Shown here one piece after another: positions 57,149 through 64,000 of a stretch of DNA of 64,000 bases. The position numbers were made by a program, and so were the translations under genes. Source of the stretch: Macrostomum lignano (Eukaryota). Positions within the stretch are counted from its first letter, which is position 1. Each line of letters starts with the position of its first letter. The DNA is taken from contig NIVC01000029.1 in NCBI GenBank assembly GCA_002269645.1, positions 1,302,001-1,366,000 on the forward strand. The letters are read 5' to 3'. Below the pieces are notes generated by a model, which was given only the letters and a program-made list of their open reading frames with translations, made no database searches and was not told the origin of the DNA.

Positions 57149-57820
57149 GGGGCGCTTTCACTAGGCCGAAACTTCACATAGCCGAAAAATCATTTTAGCA
57201 GCGTCCTTACTATGGTCGAAAGGGGATGTGAACTTATAAGCCTCCAAAATGGAACCGCAAGCAGTGACGATTTCTCTGCACCAGTTTCTTTATTTTGACC
57301 AAAGTGTTTCTCTGCTACCAAAGTGGGAGCACGATATGGTCACTCAGTTTTTTGTATTTTCGACATTCCTGACTTCATTTGGGGGTGAACTCTGATTGCT
57401 TATTATTTTCATTGCATTTTCTGTCTCAATCGGATGGACTTTCAAGTTGTAGAGTGTTTATATGTTTTTATGGCTCCTTTGAAAGCATGCAGATTTGCCT
57501 GGATTCGATTCGTAGAATATGCATGGCTCTAAGATTCACTTTAATGTTACCATGTTAGTTCGGCCTAGTGAAGTTTCGGCCTAGTGAAGTTTCGGCCTAG
57601 TGAAGTTTCGGCCTAGTGAAGTTTCGGCCTAGAAGTTTCGGCCTAGTGAAGTTTCGGCCTTGTGAAGTTTCGCCTAGTGAAGTTTCGGCCTTGTGAAGTT
57701 TCGGCCTAGTGAAGTTTCGGCCTAGTGAAGTTTCGGCCTAGTGAAGTTTCGGCCTTGTGAAGTTTCGCGCCTTGTGAAGTTCGGCCTAGTGAAGTTCGGC
57801 CTTGTGAAAACCCCCCCCCC
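57149..57820. mobile_element. TIR element with 8-9-bp TSD and an asymmetric subterminal satellite
   Basis: GGGGCGCTTTCACTAGGCCGAAAC left end versus TTCGGCCTTGTGAAAACCCC right end; TCGGGGTT at 57141-57148 and 57821-57828. Confidence 0.7.
57559..57808. repeat. 16-bp tandem repeat (TTTCGGCCTAGTGAAG), ~15 copies
   Basis: Directly visible. Confidence 0.95.
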
Positions 57821-57915
57821 TCGGGGTTTGTGTCTCTTCTCAGCTGTCTTCTCTCTTAGCAATCTTTCTAAATATTCTAAATAAAGCCATTGCATCAGTT
57901 TCATTAGTACCGGAT

Positions 57916-58573
57916 NNNNNNNNNNNNNNNNNNNNNNNNNNNNNNNNNNNNNNNNNNNNNNNNNNNNNNNNNNNNNNNNNNNNNNNNNNNNNNNNNNNNN
58001 NNNNNNNNNNNNNNNNNNNNNNNNNNNNNNNNNNNNNNNNNNNNNNNNNNNNNNNNNNNNNNNNNNNNNNNNNNNNNNNNNNNNNNNNNNNNNNNNNNNN
58101 NNNNNNNNNNNNNNNNNNNNNNNNNNNNNNNNNNNNNNNNNNNNNNNNNNNNNNNNNNNNNNNNNNNNNNNNNNNNNNNNNNNNNNNNNNNNNNNNNNNN
58201 NNNNNNNNNNNNNNNNNNNNNNNNNNNNNNNNNNNNNNNNNNNNNNNNNNNNNNNNNNNNNNNNNNNNNNNNNNNNNNNNNNNNNNNNNNNNNNNNNNNN
58301 NNNNNNNNNNNNNNNNNNNNNNNNNNNNNNNNNNNNNNNNNNNNNNNNNNNNNNNNNNNNNNNNNNNNNNNNNNNNNNNNNNNNNNNNNNNNNNNNNNNN
58401 NNNNNNNNNNNNNNNNNNNNNNNNNNNNNNNNNNNNNNNNNNNNNNNNNNNNNNNNNNNNNNNNNNNNNNNNNNNNNNNNNNNNNNNNNNNNNNNNNNNN
58501 NNNNNNNNNNNNNNNNNNNNNNNNNNNNNNNNNNNNNNNNNNNNNNNNNNNNNNNNNNNNNNNNNNNNNNNNN
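57916..58573. other. Assembly gap (658 N)
   Basis: Run of N. Confidence 1.
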
Positions 58574-59931
58574 CGAAGGACCTCGGCAGAAGATTCAGCT
58601 ACAGCCCTGATCTGCTGGCAATACCGGCTGAAAAAAATGTTCCATGAGCTGAAGGTACCTGAATTTACTGCTAACAAAGGTAGGACTATCTCTTCTTTTG
58701 ATACTGTGATTGTAAGCAACCAAACCACCAGCTCTATGGGGGTTCCCGTTTCAAACCTCTTGTCTGGGGTGGTGGGTTCGAATCAACCCACCAAGCCGCC
58801 AGCCCTGTGACAACTGAGCAGGGGAGGGAGCAACCAGCAGGGAATCGTCCCTCCAGCCCTTCAACGGCATGGAAGAATCTCCCGACTGGCGAGGCTTTAA
58901 CGAGGAACCGAGCATGCTAAGCCATACGGACGAGGACAACCAAGCTTGCCCGCCGATTTTTTCCGACAGAAGAGCCGCTGAAGGGCTCAATTCGCAAATG
59001 CAGGGTCCAGTTGCCTGTGACGGAGGCTGGACACGGGGGTGGTCTGTGACCAGACACCTCCACCTGCAAACTCCATTGCTGGCTGATCAAAAACGAATCA
59101 GCTATTTCAATACCTGCCATCTTGACTTCGAGTCGTCAACAGCAGAGTCAAGTCGCCTGTGACCAGGGGCTTGACACGGGGTGGTCTGTGACCAGACATC
59201 CCCAGCTGCTGCTAATAGCAACAACATCGATGCCAGCCAAGCTGACTCTTTCGTGTCTTTTTGCGACACCCACCGACAACGTTGCATTTTTACAGAGTAG
59301 ATTTGCTTGCGCTGAGCCACCCAGGCTTGCCAGTGACAGCAATAGGGACAGTCTTGAGCTGACCCCTCCTCGATCGGCACTTGCTCAACCAAGCCAGATT
59401 AACGTCCATAGGGGACTTAAGAAAGACTGGAAACTGACCCCTATCGAAAAGTCAACGATCGCGATCGGCGATGAGAGTCTCTCTGAGCCCGGGCAAGCGC
59501 ACCCAGATGTACAATTTGAAATTTTTCCGAATCTACGCGCTGAGAACCTAATCAGGGTGCTGCGTGAGCAGTTGAAAAGCCCTAGCTCAGCTGTCAAAGC
59601 GGTCATTCTCTTCCCTTGTGGTCATGACCTGTCGAGACAATTTGAAGGTGTCCTCGACAAACAGCTCACGACAATCGTGAATCATTGTCGCAAGGCCTTT
59701 CCAGAGGCAAACATCTACACACTTGACTCAGTGGTGGATGCCGAGGCAACGGACAGCGTCCGAAGCAATGTGGAAAAATTGAACCGCCATGCCCAGAATC
59801 TCAACCAGAAGGGGCACATGTCACTACCCAGACAGGGTTTGACCTTCCTGTCAGACAAGGTCACACTATCTGACCAATCGGCCTTGGAGGTCTTCAGGAT
59901 TGTCTATGGCAAAGTACAAAAAAACTTGTAG
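58574..59931 (+). CDS. PLE ORF1, copy 1 (5' part in gap, several indels); C-terminal degenerate SGNH/GDSL-like domain
   Basis: TIAIGDESLS...IFPNLRAENL...AVILFPCGHD...FLSDKVTL resemble SGNH blocks I, II, III and V; stop TAG at 59929-59931. Confidence 0.65.
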
Positions 59932-59960
59932 GTTTTAGGAATGCGGCTAGCAACCAAGTC

Positions 59961-62201
59961 TTGAACTTATCGAATTATCGTCTTTCTGACTGCGAAACCG
60001 AAATTTTAGGAATGGGGAAGAACTTTGTGCCAGCCCCAATTGTTATGGGGTCCAGCGTCCTTTCTGACTCCATCAAGGTTTTCAAGCAGAGAATAGTTCT
60101 TAACTCCCTGCTTCAGCGTCGCACGTGTGCTTTCACCCCGCGCATCCCTTATACTGGCCGAGCTTCGATCCCCAACATCAACTTGGACAAGTGGCGCTCT
60201 CACAGAGACCTTTTTGAAAGCCTTGACAGGATTAGAATTCCAAGAATCATACACAACAAGCCAAACCTTCAGGAGCAGCAGAGAATGGCACTGAAGACTC
60301 TTCGAGACAATAGCAGTATCGTCATTAAACCTGCCGACAAGGGCAGCAATATGGTCGTTTTGAATCGAACAGATTACATACTGGAAGCTAACAGGCAGCT
60401 CTCCAACAGGACCTTCTACCAACCCCTTGACACTGCAATGAGCGCCCAGACCAGTGCCATTATCAAAGCCATTTTTCAAGATCTTAAAGAAGAAAAGATA
60501 ATTACTAATCATCAATACTCGCAACTGATTCCGCCAACTATTCCAAGAGATCGAATTTTTTACCTTTTGCCAAAAATCCATAAGGATCCCGAAGAATGGC
60601 CTACTCCTGGAGTGCCTCCTGGGAGACCCATTGTCTCGGACTGCAGCTCGGAAAGCTACATGAGCGCCAAATTTATCGATCTCTTCCTACAGCCGATCGC
60701 TAAGGAACAAGACTCCTTCATCCGAGACACGGACCACTTTCAAGCGGCTATTAATGATTTGATTTTTGAAAAAGACGAAAATGTCTTTCTGGTTACAATG
60801 GATGTTGAATCCCTGTACACCAATATTCCCACTGATAAGGGGATGGACGCCATTAGAGATGCCTTTCAAACATTTCCCCAAACCTCAAGGCCAGATAACC
60901 ATCTTCTTGCGCTCCTGGACATTAACTTGAACAAAAATGATTTTGTTTTCAACGACACGCGCTACCTTCAAATCAAAGGCACAAGCATGGGAAAGGCCTT
61001 TGCGCCATCCTACGCCAACATATTTATGTCTGCCTGGGAATCCAAAGCTTTAGAAACTGCTCCGTTTACCCCTCGTTTCTTCAAGCGCTACATTGACGAC
61101 ATTTTTATGGTCTTCGTCGGCACTGAAGACGAACTAAAGGAGATGCACAAGCATCTGAATGAGTTCGATTGCAACATCCGACTCACGATGCAATACAGCA
61201 AAGAGAAGGTTCACTTCCTGGACTGCTGTGTCAGTCTGACTGACGAAGGCAACAACAAGAGACTTTCGTGCTCAATCTACTTCAAACCCACCGATTCACG
61301 CCAGCTTTTAAATCCGGGGTCTTTTCACCCAAAGCACACTTTCAAAGGTATACTGAAATCTCAGTTCCTCCGTTACGCTCGCCGTTGCACATTTAAAGAA
61401 GACTTCGATGAGGCCAGCAGCAGCTTAACAAGCATCCTGAAGAAACAAGGATATTCTGTCCGCTTAATCAGGGATTCTAAAAAATCTGCCCTCATCCAGC
61501 TGGGCCTCTACATTGATGGTCGGTGGGAGTTCGGCTTCCAGGATTGTGGCAATCTAAGCTGCCGTCCTTGCAGAGAGCACGGGCATTTTGGCCAAGTTTG
61601 TTTAGGGTCCAGCGCTACAAAAATGATTTACAAAATTTGTCAAAAAGTCCGCTGTGACTCCAGGAATGTGGTGTATGCCATTCTGTGCAAGACTTGCAAT
61701 GACCGCTGTATCTACGTAGGTGAGACTGGAGGCGCTCTTAAAGTCAGACTTCAGGCTCACCTGAGCGACATCAGACTGGCTAAGGACACCCCAATCTCCA
61801 GGCACTTTCGGTCACCAAACCACAGTATTCAGGACCTCCGCTTTATGGGTCTGTGGTACCTCAGTACTGAGTGCCTGACCACTAAAGAGGGTGCTCAACG
61901 CAGGCGGAGGAATATGGAGCAGAAGCTCATCGCTTTACTACAGACCCAGACTCCAGCAGGCTTAAACACCGTCATCACTGAAAAAGACGCCTGCATCCCA
62001 ATAGTGATCCCTTTCACGGACCACTCTGGGCGAATTGTTCATCAAATTCGCACGGCCATTTCGAACCACGCTGCAGAGCTGGATACGGTGGCTGCCTATA
62101 CTCGCTCACGCTCATTAAAGGACATTCTATGTCCATCCAATCTGCCCGCCGTAACTAATGGTCAGGCCCGAAACTCAAACCTCTTTTCAGTTGAGCACTA
62201 G
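59961..62201 (+). CDS. PLE reverse transcriptase with GIY-YIG endonuclease (746 aa; frame open from 59874)
   Basis: KPADKG, FYLLPKIHK, PGRPIVS, DVESLYTNIP, GTSMGKAFAPSYANIFM, RYIDDIF, VHFLD, YFKPTD; Cys-rich linker CGNLSCRPC; NVVYAILC..C...YVGETG...R...H and E..LI...T..P.GLN. Confidence 0.97.
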   Translation: MNLSNYRLSDCETEILGMGKNFVPAPIVMGSSVLSDSIKVFKQRIVLNSLLQRRTCAFTPRIPYTGRASIPNINLDKWRSHRDLFESLDRIRIPRIIHNKPNLQEQQRMALKTLRDNSSIVIKPADKGSNMVVLNRTDYILEANRQLSNRTFYQPLDTAMSAQTSAIIKAIFQDLKEEKIITNHQYSQLIPPTIPRDRIFYLLPKIHKDPEEWPTPGVPPGRPIVSDCSSESYMSAKFIDLFLQPIAKEQDSFIRDTDHFQAAINDLIFEKDENVFLVTMDVESLYTNIPTDKGMDAIRDAFQTFPQTSRPDNHLLALLDINLNKNDFVFNDTRYLQIKGTSMGKAFAPSYANIFMSAWESKALETAPFTPRFFKRYIDDIFMVFVGTEDELKEMHKHLNEFDCNIRLTMQYSKEKVHFLDCCVSLTDEGNNKRLSCSIYFKPTDSRQLLNPGSFHPKHTFKGILKSQFLRYARRCTFKEDFDEASSSLTSILKKQGYSVRLIRDSKKSALIQLGLYIDGRWEFGFQDCGNLSCRPCREHGHFGQVCLGSSATKMIYKICQKVRCDSRNVVYAILCKTCNDRCIYVGETGGALKVRLQAHLSDIRLAKDTPISRHFRSPNHSIQDLRFMGLWYLSTECLTTKEGAQRRRRNMEQKLIALLQTQTPAGLNTVITEKDACIPIVIPFTDHSGRIVHQIRTAISNHAAELDTVAAYTRSRSLKDILCPSNLPAVTNGQARNSNLFSVEH

Positions 62202-62343
62202 ATGTACAGATGTACACACGCGTTGCATCGTGCCCGCCAAACCATATTGATTATTTTATTTTATTCGCGTCTTTCTATACTCACTATAAATATTTAACTC
62301 TGTTTTAATTTGCCCTTTTTTCACAGTTTTTTATTTACAATAT

Positions 62344-62380
62344 ACCCTGACGAAGACCCTGTTTAGGTCGAAAATTCGGT
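62344..62380 (+). ncRNA. Minimal type I hammerhead ribozyme in the PLE pseudo-LTR (predicted cleavage after UUC, C62377)
   Basis: ACC-CUGACGA-A-GACC(CUGUUUA)GGUC-GAAA-AUUC-GGU; palindromic AAUU stem III; preceded by a T-rich tract. Confidence 0.75.
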
Positions 62381-62486
62381 TATTTTCTTAGAATTAAAGA
62401 AATTGTGAATTTGCTTCAACTGTGTGCGTGGTTTCATTTCGCATTATCTTCTCCCGGGACCAGTGAAGCAATCTCACAGTTTCCCT

Positions 62487-64000
62487 ATGCCGACCAAAAG
62501 CCGAAGCTGGTACAGCTCGCATCACCGCCAAGCAAGAGTACCTCAACAACCAAACAGTCGTCCACATGGCCAGCAGTACCAAGGTGTGCGTTCGGCTGTG
62601 AGGCGACTATCTCCAGAACATGGCCGGCAGTTTGATCGCCAGCGTGACGGCGATGTCAGATCTAGAAGCCGCCATCGCCAAAGAGACCGCGCTACGCAGG
62701 ACAGGACGGGCGGCGACCGGCAACAACGTCGGAATGCAGGTGGGTCGCTGACAACCGCCGCGTCCGGAGTCGCCCGCCAAGTCAAACAGCTGTTTCGTGC
62801 TGCTCACCACCTGGAAAATTGGCAGGTGACACCATCTTCGATCCGACTAAAGTCTCAGCAGCTGAAAACACTAATCAGGCCTGCAGTGCCCACGGAATCG
62901 ACAAAATCGCGGATTGCTGAGAACGCCGATCAGTGGGAAGTCAGCACGCTAGACACAATGCAGAGCCATTATGAGATCAGCATCCATCATCTAGCTGCTG
63001 AACTTCTGGAAGCCAGGAAGGACGCTGACCCTTCTGATTGGGAAACCGGCTGGCAAGTCGGTTTTCACTGGGCGGCGAAGGACCTCGGCAGAAGATTCAG
63101 CTACAGCCCTGATCTGCTGCAATACCGGCTGAAAAAAATGTCCATCGAGCTGAAGGTACCTGAATTTACTGCTAACAAAGGTAGGACTATCTCTTCTTTT
63201 GATACTGTGATTGTAAGCAACCAAACCACCAGCTCTATGGGGGTTCCCGTTTCAAACCTCTTGTCTGGGGTGGTGGGTTCGAATCAACCCCACCAAGCCG
63301 CCAGCCCTGTGACAACTGAGCAGGGGAGGGAGCAACCAGCAGGGAATCGTCCCTCCAGCCCTTCAACGGGCATGGAAGAATCTCCCGACTGGCGAGGCTT
63401 TAACGAGGAACCGAGCATGCTAAGCCATACGGACGAGGACAACCAAGCTTGCCCGCCGATTTTTCCGACAGAAGAGCCGCCTGAAGGGCTCAATTCGCAA
63501 ATGCAGGGTCCAGTTGCCTGTGACCAGGGGCTGGACACGGGGGTGGTCTGTGACCAGACACCTCCACCTGCAAACTCCATTGCTGCTGATCAAAACGAAT
63601 CAGCTATTTCAATACCTGCCATCTTGACTTCGAGTCGTCAACAGCAGAGTCAAGTCGCCTGTGACCAGGGGCTTGACACGGGGGTGGTCTGTGACCAGAC
63701 ATCCCCAGCTGCTGCTAATAGCAACAACATCGATGCCAGCCAAGCTGACTCTTTCGTGTCTTTTGCGACACCCACCGACAACGTTGCATTTTTACAGAGT
63801 AGATTTGCTTGCGCTGAGCCACCCAGGCTTGCCAGTGACAGCAATAGGGACAGTCTTGAGCTGACCCCTCCTCGATCGGCACTTGCTCAACCAAGCCAGA
63901 TTAACGTCCATAGGGGACTTAAGAAAGACTGGAAACTGACCCCTATCGAAAAGTCAACGATCGCGATCGGCGATGAGAGTCTCTCTGAGCCCGGGCAAGC
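62487..64000 (+). CDS. PLE ORF1, copy 2: 504 uninterrupted codons to the window end (missing from the ORF track because there is no stop)
   Basis: MPTKSRSWYSSHHRQ...RQVKQLFRAAHHLENWQVTP...IRPAVP...NADQWEVSTLDTMQSHYE...TIAIGDESLSEPGQ. Frame checked: 62487 and the last full codon at 63996 are in register. Confidence 0.85.
   Translation, partial: MPTKSRSWYSSHHRQARVPQQPNSRPHGQQYQGVRSAVRRLSPEHGRQFDRQRDGDVRSRSRHRQRDRATQDRTGGDRQQRRNAGGSLTTAASGVARQVKQLFRAAHHLENWQVTPSSIRLKSQQLKTLIRPAVPTESTKSRIAENADQWEVSTLDTMQSHYEISIHHLAAELLEARKDADPSDWETGWQVGFHWAAKDLGRRFSYSPDLLQYRLKKMSIELKVPEFTANKGRTISSFDTVIVSNQTTSSMGVPVSNLLSGVVGSNQPHQAASPVTTEQGREQPAGNRPSSPSTGMEESPDWRGFNEEPSMLSHTDEDNQACPPIFPTEEPPEGLNSQMQGPVACDQGLDTGVVCDQTPPPANSIAADQNESAISIPAILTSSRQQQSQVACDQGLDTGVVCDQTSPAAANSNNIDASQADSFVSFATPTDNVAFLQSRFACAEPPRLASDSNRDSLELTPPRSALAQPSQINVHRGLKKDWKLTPIEKSTIAIGDESLSEPGQ

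Larger units (their letters stand above)
58574..64000 (+). mobile_element. Penelope-like retroelement (Neptune-type) in head-to-tail tandem, unit ~4.5 kb; second copy truncated by the window end
   Basis: 58574-59498 matches 63076-64000 apart from small indels. RT + GIY-YIG ORF and a junction hammerhead ribozyme are typical of PLEs. Confidence 0.93.

Noticed and set aside
57904-58728. 274-aa ORF of X residues
   Set aside because: Artefact of the N gap.

Overview
This is eukaryotic (metazoan) genomic DNA, intron-rich and minisatellite-rich. By inference it fits a free-living flatworm such as Macrostomum; no search was run. I reconstructed five spliced protein-coding genes by eye. (1) RPL4, minus strand, 4 coding exons. 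(2) PSMD8/Rpn12, minus strand, 4 exons, 266 aa. (3) A divergently transcribed 28-exon gene of ~1870 aa joining an ERICH3/DUF4590 N-terminus, four PLAT (LH2) domains, an ER/K-rich helix and an LRRC73-like leucine-rich-repeat C-terminus. (4) A highly divergent innexin with 2 exons. (5) A long-form PDE4/dunce-type cAMP phosphodiesterase, minus strand, 7 exons. The window ends, after a 658-N gap, in a tandemly duplicated Penelope-like retroelement (Neptune-type RT + GIY-YIG) with a minimal hammerhead ribozyme. This element has an extra upstream ORF1 of ~648 aa when the two copies are combined, ending in a degenerate SGNH-like domain. ORF1 overlaps the RT frame across a canonical A_AAA_AAC slippery heptamer, suggesting gag-pol-like -1 ribosomal frameshifting; a homopolymer sequencing error is the alternative. 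Introns carry two tRNA-derived SINE families, several MITEs (some hosting satellite arrays), and a near-perfect palindrome with a hammerhead ribozyme on each strand. Roughly a quarter of the window is tandem repeat, and most ORFs in the supplied track are artefacts of these repeats.
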